Positions 1 through 7,838 of a DNA stretch of 59,174 bases are shown here, piece by piece (the stretch's first letter is position 1; the number at the start of each line of letters is the position of its first letter). The stretch comes from a virus. Its lineage: Duplodnaviria; Caudoviricetes. Both the position numbers and the translations under genes were made by a program. The notes below the pieces were generated by a model that was not told where the DNA came from, made no database searches, and worked only from the letters and a program-made list of their open reading frames with translations. The stretch lies in the IMG/VR virus record IMGVR_UViG_3300029787_000038, positions 1 through 59,174 of that record; one strand, written 5' to 3'.

Positions 1-2
1 TA

Positions 3-881
3 CGTTCTGACAGTGGGGGGACTGTTTCAGGACGTATCTCCATGAATAATCCTAATTTACAGCAAATCCCTGCTAGAGATCCAGAGATCGGACCTATGAT
101 ACGGAGTTTATTCCTACCTGAAAAGGACGAAAGTTGGGCGGCCATAGATTTCTCGCAACAAGAACCACGGCTCTTGGTTCATTATGCTCATGTGTATGGA
201 AAGGCGAAAGGTAGCCCGTTGCCCGCGATTGAAGAATTTGTCACGGCTTATAACGAAAACCCCGATATGGACTTTCACACGATGGTAGCTGAGATGGCTA
301 ACATACCCAGAAAGAAAGCAAAAACGATTAACTTGGGCATGATGTATGGCATGGGCGTCAATAAATTATCGGAACAGTTAGATGTTTCCTTGGACGAAGC
401 CAGAGAATTAATTGGTCAATACCATGCAAGAGTTCCGTTTGTTAAAAAATTAATGAACGGTGTTACCCAGAGGTTAAATGAAAAATCAAGTAGCGGTTCT
501 ATTCGATCCATACGGGGCAGAAAATGTCGATTTGATCTATGGGAGCCCGATACATTTAGTATGAACAAAGCACTACCGTACAAGGAAGCCCTGAAAGAAT
601 ATGGTGAAACCACCAAACTAAAACGAGCATATTCTTACAAAGCCCTTAATCGTTTAATCCAAGCGTCGGCTGCGGATATGACCAAACAATCTATGGTAAA
701 CCTCTATAAAGAAGGCATTATACCGCTTATTCAGATCCACGACGAGATAGCGGTTTCTGTAAAGGATAAAAATACAGCAAAAGATATTGCCAAGATTATG
801 GAAAATGCAGTATTGTTAGAAGTACCTAACAAATGTGATGTTGAAATCGGCCCTAGTTGGGGCGAGGCAAAAGCATTGTAA
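3..881 (+). CDS. polA: Family A DNA polymerase, C-terminal part (5'-truncated; version A)
   Basis: Motifs DFSQQEPR, KTINLGMMYG and QIHDE; frame open from base 3; colinear with 56021-56895 but diverged. Confidence 0.93.
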   Translation, partial: RSDSGGTVSGRISMNNPNLQQIPARDPEIGPMIRSLFLPEKDESWAAIDFSQQEPRLLVHYAHVYGKAKGSPLPAIEEFVTAYNENPDMDFHTMVAEMANIPRKKAKTINLGMMYGMGVNKLSEQLDVSLDEARELIGQYHARVPFVKKLMNGVTQRLNEKSSSGSIRSIRGRKCRFDLWEPDTFSMNKALPYKEALKEYGETTKLKRAYSYKALNRLIQASAADMTKQSMVNLYKEGIIPLIQIHDEIAVSVKDKNTAKDIAKIMENAVLLEVPNKCDVEIGPSWGEAKAL

Positions 882-911
882 GTTAGTTTTTCATATTCGT
901 CTCCCTATAAG

Positions 912-941
912 GCCCCGTTAAATCAAAAACGGGGCTTTTTT
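912..941 (+). terminator. Rho-independent terminator after polA (A)
   Basis: GCCCCGTT...AACGGGGC followed by T-run. Confidence 0.8.
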
Positions 942-942
942 C

Positions 943-971
943 TTGACATATTGTATAAACTCTTATATTTT
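943..971 (+). promoter_or_regulatory. Sigma70-type promoter for RHH gene (A)
   Basis: TTGACA-17-TATTTT, then AGGAG RBS. Confidence 0.7.
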
Positions 972-997
972 CTTAGACAATTATATAGGAGATACGT

Positions 998-1162
998 ATG
1001 GATACAACGAAATGGAAGAGTGTTTTGGTTCCGAAAGAAATTTATGATGAGATAAAAAAGCTTTCCAAGGACGAAGGACGCACCATTAGTGGTCAGTTGC
1101 GTTTAGTTTTTGATTATTATAAGAAAAAACAACCTCTCACGCCTTACAGTACCAAAGATTAA
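998..1162 (+). CDS. Ribbon-helix-helix-like DNA-binding protein (A), 54 aa, not in ORF track
   Basis: MDTTKWKSVLVPKEIYDEIKKLSKDEGRTISGQLR shows an RHH beta-alpha-alpha pattern; homolog of 57008-57190. Confidence 0.7.
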   Translation: MDTTKWKSVLVPKEIYDEIKKLSKDEGRTISGQLRLVFDYYKKKQPLTPYSTKD

Positions 1163-1650
1163 AAGATACCCATTGGTAACTGAGGAGGAGTTTGTTTAAT
1201 GCCACCCTCAAAATCTGCACTAGGAAACTCATTTTTAATGAGCGTTTGTATACCTGACATCAGACCCTGTACTTTGCCTTGAGATTCTTTAGCCGTATCC
1301 TGCATGGCTAACATATTCAGAAAAAACTGTAAGCCTTGTAATGGGCTTTGCGGTTGAACTATTTTTGGACCTGGGTAAAAAGGAGTTGATGTAGTAGGAG
1401 AGTAAGACGGCATTGTTTCAGCAATAGCTTCTTTTTGAGCGTCTAACATACCAATCGCGGGTTGACCCTCAACAGTTGAAGTTGTTTGAATATCTGGCGT
1501 CATTTCCGCACCTGAATCCATCAGTCCACCACCAAAATCCACGGTGTTTGTATTTAGCCCAGATGATATAGGTGCTTGTGCCTGTGTTTGAGCCTGCTCA
1601 AACAAACCACCGATACCGCCAATACCAAATTGATCCAAAGCCATTTTCAT
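1159..1650 (-). CDS. P/Q/G/M-rich low-complexity protein, homolog of 3868-4743
   Basis: Shares KVxGxMSGIxxL(I/V)xxxFP with the 3868-4743 protein. Confidence 0.7.
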   Translation of the reverse strand: MKMALDQFGIGGIGGLFEQAQTQAQAPISSGLNTNTVDFGGGLMDSGAEMTPDIQTTSTVEGQPAIGMLDAQKEAIAETMPSYSPTTSTPFYPGPKIVQPQSPLQGLQFFLNMLAMQDTAKESQGKVQGLMSGIQTLIKNEFPSADFEGGIKQTPPQLPMGIF

Positions 1651-1734
1651 ACGTCTATTATAATAAATTAAAAAAAAATTACAATTGTGAATTTTTTTCT
1701 TGCAATATCTTATAAAATCCTTTATAAGTAAAGT

Positions 1735-1842
1735 GTTTAGTTGAAAATTTTCTCAATTTAGACAACTCCGTAATAAAGACCTTGGTTTTGCCTGTAAAGA
1801 TTCCAAGGTCAACTCAGGGGGACACAACTGTCCCCCTTTTTT
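1735..1842 (+). ncRNA. Candidate anti-Shine-Dalgarno small RNA (A)
   Basis: Promoter TTGCAA-17-TATAAG (1700-1728); hairpin; single-stranded CAACTCCGTA (1763-1772); second hairpin GACCTTGG/CCAAGGTC; terminator AGGGGGACA/TGTCCCCCT-T; no ORF. Confidence 0.55.
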
Positions 1843-2008
1843 AATTCATTACTTCGTGACTGGTGGGTTCTTTTGGATAGTAAACTTCTACATAGGTTCC
1901 GCAGTTGGGACAGGTAAGGTTGGAAACAATTAAAAAATCACTTTCCTCATCATCAAGGTCGTGATCGCCACCCCAGATTAAGTTTGTGCCACAATGCCAA
2001 CAATTCAT
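1841..2008 (-). CDS. Small Zn-ribbon protein (CxxC...CxxC)
   Basis: MNCWHCG...LTCPNCG; alternative start at 2068. Confidence 0.7.
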   Translation of the reverse strand: MNCWHCGTNLIWGGDHDLDDEESDFLIVSNLTCPNCGTYVEVYYPKEPTSHEVMN

Positions 2009-2028
2009 GCTTCTAATATTAAAGACCT

Positions 2029-2199
2029 TTACAAGCCTTCTTCCCTTATTCTTTTTAATCTTTCCCATACTACCTCTTCATTGCAGACGTTGCAACACCT
2101 ACCCTCCTCGGCCAACGGCTCGGGGTTATGACTGTCCATGATGTGTGTGATCTTTTTCCCACAGATACAACAGTAAATAGGTTCTTTTAATCCATCCAT
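2029..2199 (-). CDS. Small Cys-rich phage protein, probably leaderless
   Basis: CCICG...HNPEPL...GRCCNVCN; TGcTATTCT -10 lies 6 nt before the ATG. Confidence 0.65.
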   Translation of the reverse strand: MDGLKEPIYCCICGKKITHIMDSHNPEPLAEEGRCCNVCNEEVVWERLKRIREEGL

Positions 2200-2291
2200 A
2201 ATAAGAGAATAGCAGACTTTATTATAAAAGCAAATATTATTTGACATTATCTTAGTTATTATTATATAATCTTATAAACGGAGAACTACCC

Positions 2292-2446
2292 ATGACAGAT
2301 CAAAAAAAAAAATTGAAGATCAGTTTTCAATCAACAATTTTTTAAAGAAAAACAAAAACTGGTCTAATCAACATCGTGAAAAAAATGGAGGGACTTTAGT
2401 TAAAAAATATAAAAAATACATGAAAAAAAAACAGGAGTTAAAATAA
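2292..2446 (+). pseudogene. Small basic ORF interrupted by a frameshift in an A11 tract
   Basis: Promoter TTGACA..TATAAT, ACGGAG RBS, ATG 2292; one extra A restores a frame ending TAATG at the next start. Confidence 0.45.
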
Positions 2447-2634
2447 TGTTAAAATTTACAAAAGAAGAAACAGAAATGTTGTTAAAATCAGGGGTACAGT
2501 ATGAACGGGCTGTAAATCTGTATGGACCAAATGTTGATGGTCTATCTAAAAAAGAAGTAAAAGGTATTAAATCTGGATTGTTGAAGTTACAAACTTATTG
2601 GGAAAAAAATTTTAATAGGTATTCCGAGGAATAA
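2446..2634 (+). CDS. Hypothetical early protein
   Basis: AGGAG RBS; ORF track. Confidence 0.65.
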   Translation: MLKFTKEETEMLLKSGVQYERAVNLYGPNVDGLSKKEVKGIKSGLLKLQTYWEKNFNRYSEE

Positions 2635-2636
2635 AT

Positions 2637-2894
2637 ATGCAATATTATTTCTACGTTATCCCAGTCATGGGATCTAATGAGGAAAAAAATTGTTTAGTAT
2701 GTAACGATATTTTAATTAATAATGGAACTTGGGGTTACTGCTTTTCTTGTTGGAATAGTAACAAAGTAATGAAAAAAGTAACTTGGGAAAAATATTGGAT
2801 GAATAATGATGCAAGTACAAAAGTTTTTATTAGTAGACCATGTATTACAACAAATACAGGACGACGTATTAAAAGGAGATATGACGGCCATTGA
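2637..2894 (+). CDS. Hypothetical protein with CxxC pairs
   Basis: GAGGA RBS; CLVC and CFSC. Confidence 0.5.
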   Translation: MQYYFYVIPVMGSNEEKNCLVCNDILINNGTWGYCFSCWNSNKVMKKVTWEKYWMNNDASTKVFISRPCITTNTGRRIKRRYDGH

Positions 2895-2956
2895 AACATT
2901 AATTTCAGAGCTGCCCGTCGATACACTCAAAGCTTTTCTTTCGGAGGTAAAACAAA

Positions 2957-3214
2957 ATGAAAAAGATAATTGTTAGTCCCATTGTAAAGGACGCCATGAA
3001 AATTTTTTCGTTAGAAAGAGTATACAACCCTTATTTAAAATGGGCTGACGATCCCGATCCAATGGACTTTGACCATCTTTATGAAAAAGACTTGGTAGCT
3101 GACGCCAAGAAGTTATTAGAAGATAAAGATAAAATTTTTGATCCAGAAGATGTCAGACGATTAAAAGATTTTGTTCGTAAGTGGGATGTTGAAGATCTAC
3201 CTGATCCCGACTAG
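2957..3214 (+). CDS. Hypothetical acidic early protein
   Basis: GGAGGT RBS. Confidence 0.65.
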   Translation: MKKIIVSPIVKDAMKIFSLERVYNPYLKWADDPDPMDFDHLYEKDLVADAKKLLEDKDKIFDPEDVRRLKDFVRKWDVEDLPDPD

Positions 3215-3220
3215 TTGGTT

Positions 3221-3325
3221 TTGTCACAACTGTCACAGGTGTTTTGTAACTTTATATAAATAAAATTATTTAAAAAAGTTTTGTTTTAGCTTGTGACAAG
3301 TGTGACAAGTATTTAGGTGCGACAA
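3221..3325. repeat. Inverted iteron-like array around an AT-rich core (A), origin-like
   Basis: TGTCACA x2, AT core with TTTATATAAA, then TGTGACAAG x2. Confidence 0.55.
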
Positions 3326-3369
3326 TTTGACACATTTATTCGTATGAGATTCTATGATAAAATCTTATA

Positions 3370-3399
3370 TGGTTTAAAAACCAGGTTGCTCTTTGACAT
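3370..3399 (+). promoter_or_regulatory. Hairpin plus boxA-like antitermination site (A)
   Basis: TGGTT/AACCA hairpin then TGCTCTTTGACAT; rrn boxA consensus is TGCTCTTTAACA. Confidence 0.6.
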
Positions 3400-3464
3400 T
3401 GATAGAAACTTTATTCGTAGACAGTAGTCTGTCGGTGATCGAAGATTATTTTAACTAAACATAC

Positions 3465-3573
3465 GGAGTTGAAAATGAAAAAATCATATTGTGGTTTAAT
3501 TTTAGAGCATGGACACACTAGTTACGATTGGAAAAAATACACAGTAAAAGATCGTATCTTCCAATGTGTTAAA
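3465..3573 (+). repeat. 109-bp direct repeat of the window end (59066-59174), 1 mismatch
   Basis: Direct comparison; T3510 vs C59111. Confidence 0.95.
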
Positions 3574-3831
3574 GGATTTATTGGAAACAACTTATCCTCA
3601 AATATGTTTTTAAAAGAAAAAATAATCAAAGTGACTTTAATAGACTTAACAGGTTATGATCATATTTGGTTAAGTTGCGGAGGTTGGTTAGGTTCTTATA
3701 AAAACAAAGAAAAAGGAGCTATTCCGTTAGATAAATTCTCTGAATACAAAGTAACCTTACCAAAGTTAAGGAAAAACGGAAATCCATTAAGCAACACTTA
3801 CTTAGAAAAATTAAAAAATAATATAGCTTAA
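3475..3831 (+). CDS. Hypothetical early protein (partial second copy at 59076)
   Basis: GGAG RBS, ATG 3475. Confidence 0.75.
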   Translation: MKKSYCGLILEHGHTSYDWKKYTVKDRIFQCVKGFIGNNLSSNMFLKEKIIKVTLIDLTGYDHIWLSCGGWLGSYKNKEKGAIPLDKFSEYKVTLPKLRKNGNPLSNTYLEKLKNNIA

Positions 3832-3836
3832 CAACC

Positions 3837-3863
3837 AAAGCCTCGTGGATCACGGGGCTTTTT
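3837..3863. terminator. Bidirectional terminator
   Basis: AAAGCCTCGTG-GAT-CACGGGGCTTT-T between convergent genes. Confidence 0.75.
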
Positions 3864-3867
3864 CTAT

Positions 3868-4743
3868 TTAAAACGGAGAGTTCTCCATATTAAAGTTATA
3901 GGCTAAGTTGATTAACGGATCTTCAACCTGCTTTTGAATGGGCATCGGAAATACAGGATTGTATTCCATCGCAGGATTGTACGCAGGACTAGCAGGATCA
4001 CTTGGATCTAAACCTCCACTTTCATCCATAGCAGGTTTATAAACATTGTAATTTATAGCAGGGTTGTATTTCATCATATCTACAGTAGGATCTATCGTAG
4101 CACTCACTGGACCAATATCAGCTATTTTAGTACCAAATAGTTTATCTCCAAAATATTTATCCTTTGCAATGTCATCTTCAAACGAAAGTTGTTGAGGTTG
4201 ACCCATCGAAGCTTTTTGATTAGCAACAATATCTGTCATTTTAGTACCAAATAGTTTATCTCCAATACTTTCACCACCCTGCATAGGTTGAGGTATTGCA
4301 GGAGGATCACCCATAATTTGAGGTGTTGTTATTTGACTAAGATCACCCATCATAGGAGGTTGCATAGGTGTTGCAGGGATTTCAGCAGGCGTTGTAAAAG
4401 GAGCTGCGGGTATGGCCGTACCACCCAAGGACGCTATGCCTTGACCTAGCTGACCCGTAGTAGACATACCGCCACCAGACATACCGCCACCCATATTAGG
4501 AAACGCTTCGTTGACCAAGGACCGTATACCACTCATCACACCAGATACTTTTTGTATGGCCTCCTGTTGCATAGGTTGCATGGCCTGATCTACTTGGCTC
4601 ATGGCCCGCTGACCGAGGAACTGTTCAATCAGAGGAAACGGATCGTTTTGGATCTGTTGCATAGTGTTTTGAAACCCCTGTTGCATTTGTTGCAACGGAG
4701 TCATCATTTGTTGAAACGAAGGTGCTATAGGTTTTGCGGTCAT
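3868..4743 (-). CDS. P/Q/M/G-rich disordered protein (291 aa), leaderless; possible internal virion protein
   Basis: Minus-strand TTGTTA-17-TATAAT-7nt-ATG places the start at 4743; GIASL motif; internal 28-bp duplication 4124-4151/4238-4265. Confidence 0.75.
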   Translation of the reverse strand: MTAKPIAPSFQQMMTPLQQMQQGFQNTMQQIQNDPFPLIEQFLGQRAMSQVDQAMQPMQQEAIQKVSGVMSGIRSLVNEAFPNMGGGMSGGGMSTTGQLGQGIASLGGTAIPAAPFTTPAEIPATPMQPPMMGDLSQITTPQIMGDPPAIPQPMQGGESIGDKLFGTKMTDIVANQKASMGQPQQLSFEDDIAKDKYFGDKLFGTKIADIGPVSATIDPTVDMMKYNPAINYNVYKPAMDESGGLDPSDPASPAYNPAMEYNPVFPMPIQKQVEDPLINLAYNFNMENSPF

Positions 4744-4796
4744 AAAAAGAATTATAAACAATCCCAGATAAAATAACAATAAATATTGTTGTTGTC

Positions 4797-4958
4797 GGTT
4801 ACGGTTACTTATATAGCTGAGAAAATAAAAAAAAATATTTTTAGTGAAAAATAGGTGTAACCAGTGTAACCGTGTAACCTTTGGTACAAAACCCCTTATA
4901 TATAAGGACAAAACTAGGTTACATAAAAGGTTACACCTTGAAATACAAAAATGTAACC
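4797..4958. repeat. Inverted iteron-like array (B): origin or packaging site candidate
   Basis: GTGTAACC x3 (4855-4879), palindrome CCTTATATATAAGG (4894-4907), AGGTTACA x2 (4916-4935). Confidence 0.6.
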
Positions 4959-5069
4959 CTCGATTTGGCTTAATGTGAATATTTTTCATTTTTTTTTAAA
5001 AAATATTTTTCTGGAATATATAAAGAAAGTATCGTACATATAAGAAAAGACTTATAGTTGGAGCAGAGT

Positions 5070-5753
5070 ATGGCAAACTTAAATAAGAGTTCAAAGCTTG
5101 ATTTTAAAAAAATACCAAGATCACTAACTTTGAATAATAATCCCAAACCATCTTGGGTAAAAGAGAAACCACCACGCAATCCAAATGAAAAGAGAGGTCG
5201 TGTTAGAGTTCATAAAGATCAGAAGCTAACAAGACGACAAGAGCTTTTTGTTAAGGAGCTAGTATCTAACGACGGCCAGATAACTTTATTGGAAGCTGCT
5301 ATGAAAGCAGGGTATTCCAAATCTTCTGCACATATTAGAGCTTATGAACTTACTAATCCTCATTTGAGCCCTCATGTAGTAGCCGCCATAAAAAGAGAAA
5401 GAGATCTTTTGGATGAAAAGTTTGGAGTAACTTACGCTAGACACATTCGGGACTTACAAAGAATAAGAGATATGGCTTTGGAGAACGGAGCCTACTCAGC
5501 CGCCGTTCAAGCAGAATTTCGTAGAGGTATGGCACAAGGGGACATCTATGTGAACAAGTCTGAGATAAGGCACGGATCAATAGATAGTATGAGTAAAGAA
5601 GAAGTTGTAAAAGCAATCGAAGAAATAAAAAGGTCTTATGGTGAACAAACCATTGATATTACCCCAGACGAGCAAGAAGGAAGCAGGACTATATCAGCAA
5701 CTGAAATCAGCCATCAAGAGGTCGAAGAGGAACTTAGTCCTAACAAGGATTGA
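5070..5753 (+). CDS. terS: Terminase small subunit
   Basis: LTRRQELFVKEL...AAMKAGYS HTH pattern typical of TerS; GGAG RBS before ATG 5070. Confidence 0.75.
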   Translation: MANLNKSSKLDFKKIPRSLTLNNNPKPSWVKEKPPRNPNEKRGRVRVHKDQKLTRRQELFVKELVSNDGQITLLEAAMKAGYSKSSAHIRAYELTNPHLSPHVVAAIKRERDLLDEKFGVTYARHIRDLQRIRDMALENGAYSAAVQAEFRRGMAQGDIYVNKSEIRHGSIDSMSKEEVVKAIEEIKRSYGEQTIDITPDEQEGSRTISATEISHQEVEEELSPNKD

Positions 5754-6075
5754 GAATTGGGCAGGCCAAGGTATTCCTGATCTTCTTATTTGTGATGAAA
5801 AGGGTTTGTTTCATTTTATCGAACTAAAGTTTGTAAAGGCTAACGCAGTTAATCTTAGCCCGCATCAGGTAGCTTGGTTGACAAGACATAAGCATAGTAG
5901 CTCTTGGGTGCTTATAAAGAAACAGAACAATCCAACTACTACGGCCGAGTTATATTTATATAAAGCGGATCAGGCTATTGATCTTAAAACAAATGGATTA
6001 AAGACCGAGCCAATAGGAGGTTGGAAAGCACCTTTTGAATGGGAAAAATTGTGGGACTTGATTTATCCCATATAA
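5638..6075 (+). CDS. PD-(D/E)XK nuclease (VRR-NUC/Holliday-junction resolvase-like)
   Basis: RIEN...GIPDL...FIELK...LSPHQVAW. Confidence 0.8.
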   Translation: MVNKPLILPQTSKKEAGLYQQLKSAIKRSKRNLVLTRIENWAGQGIPDLLICDEKGLFHFIELKFVKANAVNLSPHQVAWLTRHKHSSSWVLIKKQNNPTTTAELYLYKADQAIDLKTNGLKTEPIGGWKAPFEWEKLWDLIYPI

Positions 6076-6109
6076 TTCTATATCATAAACGAATCACAAT
6101 TACATGGAG
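6058..6109 (+). promoter_or_regulatory. Early promoter with ATCCCATA box and ACATGGAG RBS
   Basis: TTGATT-17-TATCAT. Confidence 0.6.
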
Positions 6110-6117
6110 GTTAAGTG

Positions 6118-6336
6118 ATGAGAGGTAATCCAGATGATTTATCAAACCAACTTCTCGCAAAGATTAAGAAGTGGTTAAAGCATGAAGTTAAGCAATACAA
6201 AAGAATCTGTAAGCGTATTGATGAAGGTGAAGAACCTATAAATGTATGTGAAAATCCAGAGATATTCTTCTTTAGAAGTGAATGCTCAGAAAATTTGCTT
6301 GATCAAATAAAAGAATGGGAAAAGGAGCAGGAGTGA
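6118..6336 (+). CDS. Hypothetical early protein
   Basis: RBS and ORF track. Confidence 0.7.
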   Translation: MRGNPDDLSNQLLAKIKKWLKHEVKQYKRICKRIDEGEEPINVCENPEIFFFRSECSENLLDQIKEWEKEQE

Positions 6337-6527
6337 TGTCCGAGGAAGAATTACAAAAACTTATCTATAAAACTATTAAAGATTGGGTAGATGAAGAGGC
6401 AGAACTAAACGATCACAATGAGGGTACTAGAGAAGATAACTTTGAAAATTCCTGCAAACAGTTAAGCAGATGGGCTACAGAGATTAAAGACGACTATAAA
6501 AAATATGTAGATAGGCCAATGGAGTAG
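6336..6527 (+). CDS. Hypothetical early protein
   Basis: TGATG coupling; AGGAG RBS. Confidence 0.65.
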   Translation: MSEEELQKLIYKTIKDWVDEEAELNDHNEGTREDNFENSCKQLSRWATEIKDDYKKYVDRPME

Positions 6528-6539
6528 GGAGGAGGAGTA

Positions 6540-6713
6540 ATGAAAACGTATGAAATAACTGTAGTGTGTACAACAAAACGAGAAATTGTTGTAAAAGCTA
6601 ATAGTAAGAAAGGGGCTAAAAAACTCGCCATTAAAGAGGCTAATGCGCTTGTTGGGAGTTATTGTGAAAGCTACGTAGAAAATGTTGAAATATTGAAAGA
6701 GGGCTGTAACTAA
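6540..6713 (+). CDS. Hypothetical protein (57 aa), not in track
   Basis: GGAGGAG RBS; MKTYEITVVCTTKREIVVKANS. Confidence 0.65.
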   Translation: MKTYEITVVCTTKREIVVKANSKKGAKKLAIKEANALVGSYCESYVENVEILKEGCN

Positions 6714-6886
6714 TGAGAGATAAAGATAGAGAGGCTGAACAAGACTATTGGGATATTCACCCAGAAGAAGAAAAAAAACATATAGAAAAAGCGAAAGCAG
6801 GAGGTGAACCAATGCTTATTCTGAATGAAAAAGTAGTCTGGGTTAACAAAGATTATTCTAAATTAAAAAAAGAGGGAGGTGATTGA
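6713..6886 (+). CDS. Hypothetical protein (57 aa), not in track
   Basis: TAATG coupling; MRDKDREAEQDYW. Confidence 0.55.
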   Translation: MRDKDREAEQDYWDIHPEEEKKHIEKAKAGGEPMLILNEKVVWVNKDYSKLKKEGGD

Positions 6887-6979
6887 TTGTTTATTTTAAC
6901 TTGGATTGGTAAGTTATTGTATGGTGATAAATATGATGAACTTATGAAGAAAACCAATAAAACAAGGAGGAAAAGATAA
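6887..6979 (+). CDS. Small basic peptide (30 aa), TTG start
   Basis: GGAGGT RBS; MFILTWIGKLLYG...RRKR. Confidence 0.45.
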   Translation: MFILTWIGKLLYGDKYDELMKKTNKTRRKR

Positions 6980-6987
6980 AATTACTA

Positions 6988-7047
6988 GGGGGCTTGACTA
7001 GCCCCCTTTTTAATTTATTATATATGGGATAAGTAACATACATGGAG
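6988..7047 (+). promoter_or_regulatory. Terminator hairpin with embedded -35, TATGGGAT box and ACATGGAG RBS
   Basis: GGGGGCT-TGACT-AGCCCCC-T5; TTGACT-16-TATTAT. Confidence 0.65.
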
Positions 7048-7055
7048 ATTCGCTT

Positions 7056-7322
7056 ATGACAATTAAAGAATTAATGAAAGAATTTAAAAATTATCCATCT
7101 GACACTAGGTTAGATTTTATAATGGTAGATAGGAATTGGGAAGATGTTCCCTATGATCCAGAAATAAATTATTTTGGCATTGTTGGAAGTGGAGAACAGA
7201 CGGATGATTGTGAAAAAGGATATATCGAAGTAGCCTTTAAAGTTCTCCCAGAAAGCAGAGAAACTTTAAAGGAGCTATTAATTACTAATGATGAATACTT
7301 TGAGGGAGAAAGTGATGACTAA
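7056..7322 (+). CDS. Hypothetical early protein
   Basis: RBS; MTIKELMKEF start. Confidence 0.7.
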   Translation: MTIKELMKEFKNYPSDTRLDFIMVDRNWEDVPYDPEINYFGIVGSGEQTDDCEKGYIEVAFKVLPESRETLKELLITNDEYFEGESDD

Positions 7323-7578
7323 ATATCTAACAAGAAGAGATATAATCCGTCTTAACAACAAAGCGATTAGAACAAAGAAAAATCGTTCTATTCGCCCCGA
7401 CAACTACAAAGTATTAAGAGATACTTTTAAATATCCTATTATATTTTCACTCGTTCATAATGATATTGAAATGAGAGTTAATATTTTATTTGGCGAGGGT
7501 GGAAGTAAAATTGAAACTTTTTGGCTTGATATGGATTTTAAAGATTATGATAAATTACCAACTGCTGAGGTGGGGTAG
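7315..7578 (+). CDS. Hypothetical early protein
   Basis: GGGAG RBS before ATG 7315. Confidence 0.65.
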   Translation: MTKYLTRRDIIRLNNKAIRTKKNRSIRPDNYKVLRDTFKYPIIFSLVHNDIEMRVNILFGEGGSKIETFWLDMDFKDYDKLPTAEVG

Positions 7579-7581
7579 ATT

Positions 7582-7755
7582 ATGGAAAATTTAACAGACG
7601 AAGAATTAAATAAACTTTTAACAGAAGAAGTTATGGATTATTGGTTGGGTGACGCAACTAATAAACAATCCAGAATAAATCTTTTTTATGAATGCAAGTA
7701 TGATCCAGAAGTATTAGAAAGTGTATTAGATCATTATGCAGGATATGATCATTAA
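7582..7755 (+). CDS. Hypothetical acidic protein (57 aa), not in track
   Basis: GAGGTG RBS; MENLTDEELNKLL. Confidence 0.55.
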   Translation: MENLTDEELNKLLTEEVMDYWLGDATNKQSRINLFYECKYDPEVLESVLDHYAGYDH

Positions 7756-7763
7756 AAATAACT

Positions 7764-7829
7764 AAGGCGGGCTATTTACAACCCGCCTTTTTTAATGCTA
7801 TATATATGGGATAAATTATATACATGGAG
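7764..7829 (+). promoter_or_regulatory. Terminator hairpin with embedded -35, TATGGGAT box and ACATGGAG RBS
   Basis: AAGGCGGG-ctatttacaa-CCCGCCTT-T; TTTACA in the loop. Confidence 0.6.
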
Positions 7830-7838
7830 AATCACATA

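Noticed and set aside
100-108. Seed matches inside coding regions (TACGGAGTT at 100; ACATGGAG near 49640 and 55672)
   Set aside because: Not at annotated starts, so probably incidental and not counted as sRNA targets
3-881. True polA duplication within one genome
   Set aside because: The whole neighbourhood is duplicated in diverged form, which two related genomes explain better
3221-3309. CRP-binding sites (TGTGA)
   Set aside because: Half-sites lack the TGTGA-N6-TCACA arrangement
4744-4989. N-terminal extension of the 373-aa ORF
   Set aside because: Runs through the promoter and iteron array; the likely start is 4743
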